A stretch of DNA of 64,000 bases from Octopus vulgaris (lineage: Eukaryota), in NCBI GenBank assembly GCA_951406725.2, contig OX597842.1:1736001-1800000 (forward strand), read 5' to 3'. The number at the start of each line of letters is the position of its first letter. Position 1 is the stretch's first letter. The translations under genes and the position numbers were made by a program. This document shows positions 17,579 through 30,997 of this stretch, in pieces. Below the pieces are notes generated by a model. It worked only from the letters and a program-made list of their open reading frames with translations, searched no databases and had not been told where the DNA came from.

Positions 17579-17831
17579 TATATATCTTTAATTGTTTACT
17601 TGTTACAGTCATTAGACTGTGGCCATGCTGAGGCACCGCCTTGAAGAACATTTAGTTGAACGTATCAACCCCAGTACTTAATTTTTATAAGCCTGGTGCA
17701 TATTCTATCAGTCTCTTTTGCTGAACCACTAAGTTACGGGGATGTAAACACACTAGTACTGGTTGTCAGGCAGTGGTGGGGGGACGAATACAAACACAGA
17801 AACACACATGTATATATATGTGTATATATAC

Positions 17832-17931
17832 NNNNNNNNNNNNNNNNNNNNNNNNNNNNNNNNNNNNNNNNNNNNNNNNNNNNNNNNNNNNNNNNNNNNN
17901 NNNNNNNNNNNNNNNNNNNNNNNNNNNNNNN
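17832..17931. other. Assembly gap (100 N)
   Basis: Run of N between a truncated SINE and a GGT/GAT repeat; true size unknown. Confidence 0.99.
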
Positions 17932-20900
17932 GCTGGTAATGGTGGTGATGGTGATGATGATGATGGTTAGTGATGGTGGGTGGAGTGGGGTGGGGATTGA
18001 AGTAGTCGTTGTGGCAAGAGTAGCCATTGTTGTCATGGTTAACAGTAACAATAATAATAATAATAATAATAGTAATAATGTCGGTGGTGTTGGTAGGGGT
18101 GGTCATAGCATTGCTGTCAATGGTGATGGAGTGGTGTGCAGCAACCCATCACCATCACCACCACCACCACCACTACTTCCCTTTATTTTTCCCTTCCACC
18201 CCCCCACCCTCCATTCAAGCTTCACTCTATATTTCAACATGATGTACTCCTGACTTCAGTTACAGTAAACCGATACCTTGTTGTGCCCTGCTCTGTCAAG
18301 TATTCTGGTCCCTCTGCGCTCTGCCGGCTCCTCTTTTCCTCTCTTTTGCTCTTAGCGTTTTCTTTTTTTTTTATTGCATCTTTTGGTTCTCGATTCCTGT
18401 CTTCAGAATCTTCTTGTTCTTCTAAAAAGCTCTCTCTGTCAGCGCCTTAGGTTTCAGTGTGATGACAAGAAGATTGAGGGGCCACTCATCATTGAGATGC
18501 ATCCTCGTCTTAATGAATACTCCTTGCTTCTCCGCATGTGTTTCTGCCTTGGGTTGGTCTTCCCTGGCTAGCTTTGCCCCCTCCTCCTCCTCCACTTCCT
18601 CTTCCTTCTGTTGTTGTTGGTGTTGTTAGGGTGATGGTGTTGGTGATGTGACTGCTGCTTTTGCTGTTTGTTTTCATCGTCATTGTCATCATCAGCCTCA
18701 TCGTCATCACCACCATCATCACTATCATTATCAACATCATCATCATTATCAATATCATTATCATCATCAGTGTCATTATCATCACCATCATCATCATCAC
18801 CATGACAACCATCATCTCTATCATTATTGCCATCTTCATGATCATCACTACCATCATCATCACCATTCATCATAACCATCACCATCATCATCATCACCAT
18901 TCTCATCACCACCATCATCATCCCTGTCATCATCATCATCATCATCATCACCATTCATTATAACCATCATGATTATCACCATCAATACCATCATCATCGT
19001 TATCATCACCATCATCATCGTTATCATCACCATCATCATCGTTATCATCACCACCACCATCATCATCATCATTATAATCACCATTCATCATAACCAGCGA
19101 CATCATCATCGCCATCACCATCGCCACCTCCACTATCCTCACCATCCATCAGTCTAAAAGGGTCAGGACTGTCAAAATTCCTTTACACCTCTCAGTTTCT
19201 CAAAAAATTTTGTATTTGTATTATTTTTACTCTAAATACATCATATATATATATATACATGCATATATATACATGTGTATATATATACACATATATATAT
19301 ATATGTATATATTTATAATCTAGGCATTTACCATTATCATACATGTAATACCAGCTACTCCATTATTCACTTATATGTATGTATATATATATATGTATAT
19401 GCAGATATATATTGATCTATATACACATACAGGTATACGTGTACATGGAGATATACACATATGTAAATGTATGTGTGTGTATGTATATGGATATATGTAT
19501 TGATCTATACATATATATAAATATATATATGTGTGTATATAAACATACACACACATAAAATATATGTATATATATTTATATATATATATACACAATCACA
19601 CACACACACACACTGTAAATATGAGACGAGATGAGGCCAAGTTTATATTTTAAGCAACCGTTTTTTTTTTTGTGGGGATGTTTTTTTGTGTTTGTTTAGA
19701 TGTTTTCTTGTTTTGTTTACTTCATCCATTCAATCATTGTCATCCTTGTAACCATCATCACCATCACTGCCCCCTTCATCACTACCATCATTGCTATCAT
19801 TGCCACAACCATCATCAGCTTCCACAACCATCACCAACACCATCATCATCATTGCCATCATTATCTCCATCACTAACATTCCCAACATGATCAGCCTTGC
19901 ATTCTTCATCATCATCATCATCATCATCCTCATCTACCTAAGTCTCCTCATCATCAGCATCATCATAACCTTTATCACCACATCCACCACTGTCACCACC
20001 ACCACCACTGGTCTATACTATATTTTGTTCATGTTCCATGTAATTGAAAATGTGTTTGCGGGTATCCCATTACACTGGTTTACGTTTTCAGTTCAAATCC
20101 TGTGAGGTCACCATTGTGTTTCAACATTCCTGGTTTGGATGTACCAACTGTCCACCTCATCGTGTGGCCTTGTGCGAGCTGGCAGAATCGTTAGCAAGCC
20201 GGGAGAAATGTCTTTACATTCTATTTTCAAATCACGCTGAGGTTAACTTTGCCTTTCATCCTTTCAGAGTCAATAAATTAAGTACCAGTGAAACACTGGG
20301 GTCGATGTAATCAACTTGTTCCCTCCCTCAAAATTTCAGGCCATATGCCTATCGTGTAAAGGATTATTATTATTATTGATAAAATAAGTACCTGTTGTGC
20401 TCTGGGGTTAGTGTAATTGACGTATGCCCTTGCTCAATATTGCTGGATTGTACCAAAATTTGAAATTCTTCTTTTTATTATTATTAGTACCTGTGCTTTT
20501 GGTACATAAAAAGCACCCATTACACTTTTGGAATGGTTGGCATTAGGAGACTACCGTTCTGATAAGGGTACACCAGGCACATGCATCATAACCATATGTG
20601 CACGACATGGTGATCTCATATCAAGATAAACAGTGCATGACCTTGCAGGTGGGGCCCAGTTAGAATGTTCTTTTGGTCGAGTAACCCATCCCACTGAAAA
20701 GGTCCCTGAATAAGGATTGTTTAAGGATGTTGAACGAACCACCCACGTTTCCAAAAGTGAATTATCCAAACCTCTAAGAATTCCTTTCAACACACGGCTG
20801 TGATGCTCCCCCACTATTTCTGCTCGTAATCAGAGATGCACATATCGTCAGCCACAAAGGGACATACTCAACTGGTTAAGGTCAAACAACTGACAGGCAA

Positions 20901-21057
20901 ATCTGTGGTATTGAGCAGAATATTTGCTGTAGCCCATCTTTTATACCAAGACAAAACAATGTACATGATAACACTTCCAGTCAGTTAAGATCAGAAGCCA
21001 CGAGAGCCAATGGCTGGTACTGCATCAGGGCGTTTATTTTTATTATTATTATCATTG

Positions 21058-21103
<46 letters not shown>

Positions 21104-23992
21104 GGTGATGGACTTGCAAAATTGTTAGCATGCAAGGCAAAATGCATAGCAGTATTTGATCCATCTTTACATTCTGAGTTCAAATTCCGCCAGGGTTGAC
21201 GTTGACTTTACCTTTCATCCTTTCAGTGTCAATAAAAGAAAGTACCAGTTAAATACTGGGGTTGTTTTATTCGACAAGATTCCCCCCTCCTCCCAAAATT
21301 TCAGTCCTTGTTGCCTAGAATAGAAAGAATTATTATTATTCCTACTTATCCTTTTCTTAAAAAATTTTCCTGGCTCTGTGCCAAAATGTGAAGCCGTTAC
21401 TATTATTATTAAAGCAATGTGCTGGCAGAATTGTTAGAATGCCAGGCAAAACTCTTCGCAATGTTCTGTCCATGTTTATGTTCTGAGTTCATATTTCATT
21501 GAGGTTGACCAAATGAGCACTGGGGCTGATGTTATTGACTTACTCCTTCGTTATCGATTTATTGCTGGCCTTGTGCCAAAATTTGGGACCATTATTGTTA
21601 TTGTTACTAGGTCTTTACCAATTGTTATGCTGCTGGTAAAAATATTCATTAATCATGCACAGGCATGGCTGTGTGGTAAAAAGCATGCTTCTCAACCACA
21701 TGGTTCCAGGTTCAGTCTCACTGTGTGGCACCTTGAGCAAGTATCTACTATTATAGCCTTGGACTGACCAAAGCCTTGTGAGTGGATTTAGTTGATGAAA
21801 ACTGAAAGAAGCCCATCATATATATATACCTGTATGTATGTATATGTATATATCTATGTGTTTTTGTCTTTGTGTTTGTGCCCCCATCACCGCTTGACAA
21901 CCAGTGTTGCTGTGTTTACGTCCCTATAACTTAGTGGTTTGTCAAAAGAGACTGATAGAATAAGTATTACACTTCAAAAACATAAGCCTTGGGGTCAATT
22001 TGTTCCACTAAAACCCATCAAGGCAGTGCTCCAGCATAGTCGCAGTCAAATGATTGAAACAAATAACAGAATAACTTCTTTAAATACTAGACTGTTATAT
22101 AGTGAAAGTCTCGTTAGTTACTCTCGTTATAACCTCTCTGTCTTTCACACACATACACACATACCATCTCTCTGTCGCTCTCTGTCTCTCTCACTGGATT
22201 TCTCCCTCAACAACAACAGCCTGTCTTTATAATGATTCTTTTTTAAAGTATGTGTTGTATTGTCTCTTTGTTGAAGATATGCAGAAACATACAAACACAT
22301 ATGCACAAACAACCAAAACACAACTATATTGTTAGATAATGAAAGTCTTTTGCTTCTTTGAAAGCTTTGTTGCATTGTGTTGACAGACTTGCACTTAAAA
22401 TTCCTGTGTTTTTAATAAAAACTTGTTAGTTACTGTGCTGACAATAATATCTATCTATCACATACTTACACATGCTTACACATGCTCTCTCTCTCTCTCT
22501 CTCTCTCACTCACTCTGTTCTCTCTCAACAACAATTTTTACTCCTCTGCTTCCAAAATTACATTGTGATGTATATTTTGATTCCTTCCCTTCTTTCTTTC
22601 CTCTAATGGAGTGGCCAGTGTTAGTGGCACATAAAAGACACCTGCACTGGTGACATGTTAGAGGCACTCATGCCAATGACAAGTAAAAAGCACCCATGTC
22701 GATGACATGTAAGGGCACTTGTGCCAGTGAAAAATGACAGCCACTCATGCTGCTGACACGTAAAAGGCACCTGTGCCAATGACACATAATAGGCACCTGT
22801 GCCAGTGACATGGGAGAGGCAAGTGTGCCAGTGACACATGAAAGGTACCTGTATCAGTGACATGTAAAAGGTACTTGTGCCAGTGACACACCTATTCGAG
22901 TGACATGTAAAAGACACCCAATACAATCTAGGCATTAGGGAGGACATCCAGTCATAGAAACCAAGCCATAACAGACCAAAGTCTAGTGCAGCTCTCTGGT
23001 TTACCAATCCAATCAAACCATCTCACCCATGCCAGCATAGAAAATGGATAATGATGATGATGATCTATCAAAAGCAGTACTTTGCTGGGCAAAATGCTTC
23101 TCAACATTTCTTCTGGCTTTAAATTCTAAGTTCAAATATTCCTTTCTACTATAAGCACTAAGCTTAAAATTTTAGGGGATGGGGTAAACTGATTACATTG
23201 ACCCCAGTGTTTCACCAGTACTTAATTTATTGACCCTGAAAGGATGTGTGTGTATGTATGTATTCACACATACATATTAATATATAGATAGACGTCTGTT
23301 TGTGTTTGTCCACCACCACCACCACCACCACCACCACCACCACCTTTTGATTACTGGTATTGGTTTGTTTACATCCCTGTAACTTATTGAAGCTTAAAGA
23401 TATAAGAACTGTGGTTGACTAAAATATTTCAAGGCAGTGCCCCAGCATGGCCACAGTTCATTGACTGAAACAATTAAAAGCCAGAAGAGAGATAGATAGA
23501 CAGATCAGTGTGAAGATGCGTGGCTTTGTGGTTAGAGTATTTGGCTCACGATTGTAAGGTCATGAGTTCAATTCTTAGCAGTGCATTATGTCCTTGAGCA
23601 AGTCACTTTATTTTATGCTATACTCCACTCAGCTGGCAAATATGTTATGCTTTTAATTCAAAAGGGCCAGCCTTGTCACACAGCATGTCATGCTGAAATT
23701 CCCTGAGAACTATGTTAAGGGTATGCTTGTCTGTGGAGCGCTCAGCCACTTGAATGTTAATTTCATGTGCAGACTTTTCTGTTGATCAGATCAAGTGGGA
23801 CCCTTGTTGTTGTAATTGAGGGAAAGCCAGGCCAGACAGATTCATAGTTAGATGGATAGACAATACTATCAGATGGATAGAAAGATAGATAGGCTTGGCA
23901 AATTGAAGTATAGATACATAGATAGATAGACAGATAGATAAATGGATGGATGGATAGATAGATACACAGGCATATTATAGTCAGGCAGATAG

Positions 23993-24442
23993 ATATGTTT
24001 CTTTATTAGTCACACAGGGTTGCACACAGACAGGACAAATTACAAGGTAGAGCTTTTCTTTTGGGGGTAAAAAAAAGGCGGTTTGATTTTCGATCAAAAG
24101 GGATCGTAAAAGGAAAGAAAGAGGAGGAAAAAAAGGGGGGAAGGGGGAAAGGAAAAAAAATTGATCAATAGGGATCGTTATCACAGAAATGTCAATATGA
24201 AGTGTAAAGGGGAGGACAGGTGAGGTTTACCCGTGGAAAGAAAAGCCTACGGAAAAGACCACGGTAACCTCGATCAATGAAGTCACATGTTATATTTCTT
24301 TTTTTTTTTTTTGCAAATAAGCAACTCTCTGTATTAATTTTTACGGTTCATAGAATCATAGTCAAGGTGGCTTCGTCATTCATACGTGCCATCCTTGCTA
24401 CATTCACCCATCTTTTTTTAAAACATTCACTAGACAAAGAAA
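23993..24442 (-). mobile_element. 3' end of a LINE (probably L1/Tx1 clade) in a GATA-rich tract
   Basis: Terminal peptide LSSECFKKRWVNVARMARMNDEATLTMIL* followed by a ~350-nt 3' UTR ending ...ccctgtgtgactaataaagaaac. Clade call is tentative. Confidence 0.5.
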
Positions 24443-24600
24443 GATACATAGATAGAAATGTATGTATAAATATATATATGTATATGTAGACAGATAGGTA
24501 GACAGACAGACAGACAGATAGATAGATAGATAGATAGATAGACAGCGAGATACATATGGTAGATGGATAGAGAGATTGATAAATGGACAGATAGGTAAAA

Positions 24601-25020
24601 GACGGCGAGCTGGCAGAAACATTAGCACACCAGGCCAAATGCTTAGCAGTATTTCGTCTGCCATTACGTTCTGAGTTCAAATTCCGCCGAGGTCGACTTT
24701 GCCTTTCATCCTTTCAGGGGTTGATAAATTAAGTACCAGTTACGCACTGGAGTCAATGTAATCGACTTAATACTTATGTCTGTCCTTGTTTGTCCCCTCT
24801 GTGTTTGGCCCCTTGTGGGTAGTAAAGAAATAGGTATTTCGTCTGCCATTACGTTCTGAGTTCAAATTCCACCGAGGTCGACTTTGCCTTTCATCCTTTC
24901 AGGGGTTGATAAATTAAGTACCAGTTACACACTGGGGTCGATGTAATCGACTTAATACCTATGTCTGTCCTTGTTCATCCCCTCTGTGTTTAGTCCCTTG
25001 TGGGTAGTAAAGAAATAGGT
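24601..25020 (+). mobile_element. SINE with Meta-type central domain and an internal ~185-bp tandem duplication
   Basis: GCCTTTCATCCTTTC..GG.TGATAAATTAAGTACCAG occurs twice. Relatives at ~20170-20370, 21100-21330, 31827-32040, 56705-56937 (-) and 60280-60450. Confidence 0.75.
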
Positions 25021-25027
25021 AAATGGA

Positions 25028-25445
<418 letters not shown>

Positions 25446-27815
25446 TCAGACAGACAAAGCTAATATGCATACATATGCATAGATATGTTTCTAGAGATGT
25501 TTCTAGAAATACCATTCCCTGCATGTCCTGAAGTAACCATCCGTTAAATAGAAGACTCCACCACAACATAAGGGTGCATAGGGTGTAGCTGGGGACAGCG
25601 GAGGTGTCTGCTGTGTGGTGTCAGTGGGTGGTGGCCATTAGATGTAAATACAACTCAAAACAGTAACGGTAGGGGAGGTGGAGGAGGATGAAGTCAGAAG
25701 GGTGGTGGTAATAGTAGTGGTGGTGGTATTAGTGATGGTAGTGGGCTGTTGGTGACTGTGGTGGTGGTGGTAGTAATAGCAGTTGTGGCAGTAGTTGTGG
25801 TTGTGGTAATGTTAGTTGTAGTAATAGTATTGACTGTAGGTGCAGACCACATGGTTCCGGGTTCAGTCCCACTGCATGGCACCTTGGGCAAGTGTCTTCT
25901 ACTATAGCCTCGGGTCGACCAAAGACTTGTGAGAGGATTTGGTAGACGGAAACTGAAAGAATCCTGTCGTATATATGTATGAATATATATGTGTGTGTGT
26001 GTGTGTGTATTTGTGTGTCTTTGTTTGTCCCCCCAACATTGCTTGACAACCGATGCCAGTGTGTTTATGTCTCCATAACTTAGCGGTTTGGCAAAAGAGA
26101 CCGATAGAATAATTACTAGGCTTACAAAGAATAAGTCCTGGGGTTGATTTGCTCTACTAAAGGTGGTGCTCCAGCATGACCACAGTCAAAAGACTAAAAC
26201 AAGTAAAAGAGTAAAGAGTAGTAGTAGTGATGATGATGGTTGTGGCATTTATAGTGGCGGTAAGAGTTGGTAGCAGTAGAAGCTAGTGGCAAGGATGGTA
26301 ATGGTGGTGGCAGTGATGGCAGTGGCGATGGCAATGGTAGTAGTAGTAGTGGTGGGCATGGTGAGATGTTGGTGGTAGCAGGGGAGGCTCACCACTGCTT
26401 AAAGATGCTTTTTTGTTGTTTTCTTTTAGCATGTTTCCATATCCTGTTATGTTGCCATGCACTACTGCATGCCGATGCATGTCATTGCACCAGGATTGAA
26501 ACCCCTCACCTTTCTTCCACTCCCACCAATGTCCCAATGTTCTTTGATGTCATCTGTGTGCATATGTGTTTATGTGTATTTGTGTGTATAAGTTACCCCT
26601 TTTCATGCTAGTTCACACTTCTTCTGTCTACTTGAAGAAAAGGACCAGACATGACACCCCCTATTCACACCACACACACACATACACACACACACACACA
26701 CATATTTGCATATAATCTGTTGTAGTGATTTGTGTGTATGTATACTCTTTTACTCTTTTACTTGTTTCAGTCATTTGACTGTGGCCATGCTGGAGCACCG
26801 CCTTTAGTCAAGCAAATCGACCCTGGGACTTATTCTCTGTAAGCCCAGTACTTATTCTGTCGGTCCTTTTTGCTGAACTGCTAAGTTACAGGGCCGTAAA
26901 CACACCAGCATCAGTTGTCAAGCAATGCTAGAGGGACAAACACAGACACACAAACACACACACACATATATATACATATATACGATGGGCTTCTTTCAGT
27001 TTCCGTCTACCAAATCCACTCACAAGGCTTTGGTCAGCCTGACGCTATAGCAGAAGACACTTGCCCAAGATGCCATGCAGTGGGACTGAACCCGGAACCA
27101 TGTGGTTGGTAAGCAAGCTACTTACCACACAGCCACTCCTGCGCCTGTGTATATTTATATATGTATGTATGTAAAACTTACTTGAACATCCTGTTCCCAC
27201 ATATTCATGTATATAGACGTAAAGATGAGAGTATGTACATATACGTATGTATGTATGCATATGTATTATTTATATTATATATCTCTTATTATAAAAGGCA
27301 GATTTTATCTGCCTCTCTTTGTCACTTATAGAAATCTACAATATAGGATTTCTTCAATTACAATTTACCTAGCATTTTTAAGAGTAGAATGCATCGGGTC
27401 ATGCCAGGTCCAGTTTTTAAAATTTAAACTCCAATTAAGCAAAATTTACAGAAAACTCACATTCTGGTGTGTATGTCAAATGCTTTTCTTAGTCTGGTTT
27501 ACAGCACACGCAAATGCACACACACAGTGTGCAACGAATAAAATGAAACTAATTCACTGTGTGTGTGTTGACAGGTAGACAATAGAATGCGATGGCGATG
27601 GCGATGTAATATTTGTTTCTGTCTATCACGCTGATAGATACATGAGTAAAATGTATGGCAAGCTAAGAGATAAGAGTGAGTGAAAATGTTCTTGGAAGAG
27701 AGTAAATAGCGACAGAGTGATTTGAGGAAGACTAAACTGAAAGTATGAAACAGTGTTTATGTATAAACAGACGACACTTATATATAGTTATTAATAAATG
27801 TATGCATCCGTTTAA

Positions 27816-28140
27816 CCCTTTCGTTACCAAACCGCCCGAATTTACCTATTCATATTTAAATGAGAATATCAGAGTAAATCTCTTTAGTACATTCGTGAAA
27901 ACACGTATTATACTTCATAAACACTTCAAATACAGTTTTGTACAAAAATCGAAGTGTAATTTTAATTCCGTGAATTATGGGAGATTTTTTCCCGAAATTT
28001 GTTCCTATTGTGTTTTCAAAATTTGTAATTCTGACAAAAAATGGATACGAATTTCATTATATCAAGCAGCGAGTCAGAATTCGAAGGATTTTCTACTGAA
28101 GACCTTCATAAATCTAACTCTATGACTGAAAAAAAAAAGC
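27816..28140 (+). mobile_element. Left end of a piggyBac-like transposon, truncated by a Helitron
   Basis: TTAA then CCCTTTCGTTACCA, the same terminus as the local MITEs. Acidic N-terminus MDTNFIISSSESEFEGFSTEDL at 28041. Confidence 0.65.
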
Positions 28141-28141
28141 A

Positions 28142-28535
28142 TCTTTATATAAGAGTGAAGTTGTGTGTCTGTCTCCTACGATTTAGATTCGTAACTACTC
28201 CCACATTTTGCGGTGCAGTTTAACCAAAAGCGGGTATCTTATAGTCGTGATTCATATCGAGCCCTTCTGGGTATTAGCACGCATCTACGATGAGTCTACG
28301 ATTTAAAAAAATTTACCATCATATTTTTCCATTTTAATGCATTTTTTCGCTTTTATATAAGGGAAGTAACTCTCTGAAAATATCTACGATGTGTCAACGA
28401 TTTAAAAAAAAAATTTACCTTAATTTTTTTTCAATTTTTAATGCATTTTTTTGCTATTTTTTGGCTATAACTCTCTAAAAATGCTTATATAGTTATTTCC
28501 CTTACAACCCATGCAACGCCGGGCGATACTGCTAG
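28142..28535 (+). mobile_element. Non-autonomous Helitron
   Basis: a|TC...cccatgcaacgccgggcgatactgCTAG|t. Same family as 34079-34385. Confidence 0.8.
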
Positions 28536-29720
28536 TGTATGTATATATGCACAAGCATGGTTTTGTAGTAAGATGTTTCTTTCTCAACCATGTTGTTTTG
28601 GGTTCAACCTCACTTACTGGTAACTTTGGCAAATGTCTTCTATTATAGCCCCAGGTCAATGAAAACCTTGTGAATAGATGGAAATTGAAAGAAGCCCATC
28701 ATATGTGTACGTACATAATACTTACATACAGACACATGCAAATCCAGCACCCAAGATACACTTTTAGCTTCATATCTATTATTCTTTTACTTGTTTCAGT
28801 CATGTGACTGTGGCCAAGCTGGAGTACCAGCTTTAGTTGAGCAAATCTTTTGCCAAACTGCTAAGTTATGGGGACGTAAACACACCAGCATCGGTTGTCA
28901 AGTGATGTTGGGGGCACAAACACAGACACACAAACATATACACATACATACGTATATATATATACCTATATACGACGGGCTTCTTTCAGTTTCCATCTAC
29001 TGAGTCCACTCATAAGGCTTTGGTTGGCCCAAGGCTATAGTAGAAGACACTTGGCCATGGTGTTACGCAGTGGGACTGAACTCAGAACCATGTGGTTGGT
29101 AAGCAGGCTATTTACCACACAGCCAATCTGCCCAAAGTAAAGTATTGCTGAAGTAGGGATCTTGGATAGAAAAAGCAAACCCTTGATTTATACATTATAA
29201 ATGATCACCTTGTTTGGGACTGTATGAATCTGCAAGAACTTCTTAAGATTTAAAGGATGATGGTTAAATCAAGATGCTTTCGTTCACAACCTTGCTACCA
29301 AGTAGGTGGTGACTGGTCAAAATTTAGTCTAAATTAAAAAGAAAGAAAAAACATACATACACACATATATATGCATAAATCATACACACACCTCCGTGCC
29401 GATGGGACGTAAAAAGCACCATCTGATCGTGGCCGTTTGCCAGCCTCGTCTGGCCCCTGTGCCGGTGGCACATAAAAAGCACCATCCGATTGTGGCCGTT
29501 TGCCAGCCTCGTCTGGCACCTGTGCAGGTGGCACATAAAAAGCACCCACTACACTCTCGGAGTGGTTGGCAATAGGAAGGGCATCCAGCTGTAGAAACAC
29601 TGCCAGATCAGACTGGAGCCTGGTGCAGCCTTCTGGCTTCCCAGACCCCAGTTGAACCGTCCAACCCATGCTAGCATGGAAAGCGGATGTTAAACGATGA
29701 TGATGATAATATAAATACAG

Positions 29721-29800
29721 CTGCTCTCATTGAAGACAAAAGGAAAGGTCTATAGGAACTGCAGTGCTGTATGGGAATGAGACATGGTGTTTGAGGGAGA
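29721..29800 (+). mobile_element. Short RTE-clade RT C-terminal fragment
   Basis: LSLKTKGKVYRNC / AVLYGNETWCLRE, resembling the LYGSETW motif. Confidence 0.55.
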
Positions 29801-30139
29801 GAGAGAGATGGCAATTTTGAGGAGGATTGAGAGAGCAGGAGGAAAGAGTGAGAGAAAGTTGTGGCGAAAGAGTCAGCAGAAGTTCGCCATTACCTTCTGC
29901 CAGAGCCCTGCGGAACTTAGGTGTTTCGCTCATAAACACACACATCGCCTAGTCTGAGATTCGAACCCGCAATCCCTCAACTGCGAGTCTGCTGCTCTAA
30001 CCACTAGGCCATGTACCTCTACATATACATATGTATATATACTTGATAAGTATAAGCACTTGTATATGCCAGCTAGTAGCATAGGTGATAGGATATATGT
30101 ATCAAATGAAATAAATGAAAAACAGGACACAAAGGATGT

Positions 30140-30234
30140 TGCTGTACATATGTTTCGGGCTTTATAGAACAACTTATTCTTACATCAATGCATAATCGAT
30201 ATAACAGATAGTTCAAAAGCCCTCTTCAGCCGCA
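30140..30234 (-). ncRNA. Type I hammerhead ribozyme (one stem I mismatch)
   Basis: tgcgg-CTGAAGA-gggc...gccc-GAAA-catatg-TA-cagca. Confidence 0.75.
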
Positions 30235-30461
30235 TGCAATTGCTACACCAAAGACTTGTATCACATTATGAAAGGTTTGAGAAAAAACATTTGGTAGTGA
30301 AAAAAACGGTATGGACGATTTGTTTTGAGTCTAATAAATACCATGTACGCCTATGAAGATTTACAAACATACTTTCCCAATGATACTCGGTTTACCTACC
30401 ATTATAAACAATACCAAATGTTTTTTCTCAAACCTTTTATAATGAGATACAAGTCTTTGCA

Positions 30462-30556
30462 TGCGGCTGAAGAAGGCTTTTGAACTATCTGTTATGTAGA
30501 TTATGTATTGATGTAAGAATAAGTTGTTCAATAAAGCCCGAAACATATGTACCGCG
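30462..30556 (+). ncRNA. Type I hammerhead ribozyme (A-C mismatch at the base of stem II)
   Basis: tgcgg-CTGAAGA-aggc...gccc-GAAA-catatg-TA-ccgcg. Predicted cut after 30551. Confidence 0.75.
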
Positions 30557-30933
30557 ACATCCTTTGTGTCCTGTTTTTCATTTATTTCATTTGATACATA
30601 TATGTATATATATGTAACATATGGTATAATTATGAACAGGGCAAATTTTAGCTGTTTCTATACAATAGGCTTCATTCAGTTTCCGTCTACCAAATCCCAT
30701 CACAAGGCTTTGGTCGGCCCGAGGCTATAGTAGAAGACACTTGCCCAAGGTGCCACACAATGGGACTGAACCCACAACTATGCGGTTGGGAAGCAAGTTT
30801 CTTACCACACAGCCATACCTGCACCTGTATGTGTGTGTGTATGTGTATTTATATGTGTATATATATCTACATACATATATTTACAAACATACATGCAATA
30901 CATATATGTTATAAAGGTATGTATATATTGTAC

Positions 30934-30997
<64 letters not shown>

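Larger units (their letters stand above)
30093..30603. mobile_element. Inverted pair of ~200-bp hammerhead-bearing units
   Basis: 30093-30296 and ~30411-30603 are inverted repeats, each containing a type I hammerhead. Outer ends abut TA-rich sequence. Confidence 0.8.

Noticed and set aside
20815-20856. CTGACGA...GAAA on the minus strand of the TAA-associated element
   Set aside because: Stems I-III do not form and the other two copies read GAAG.
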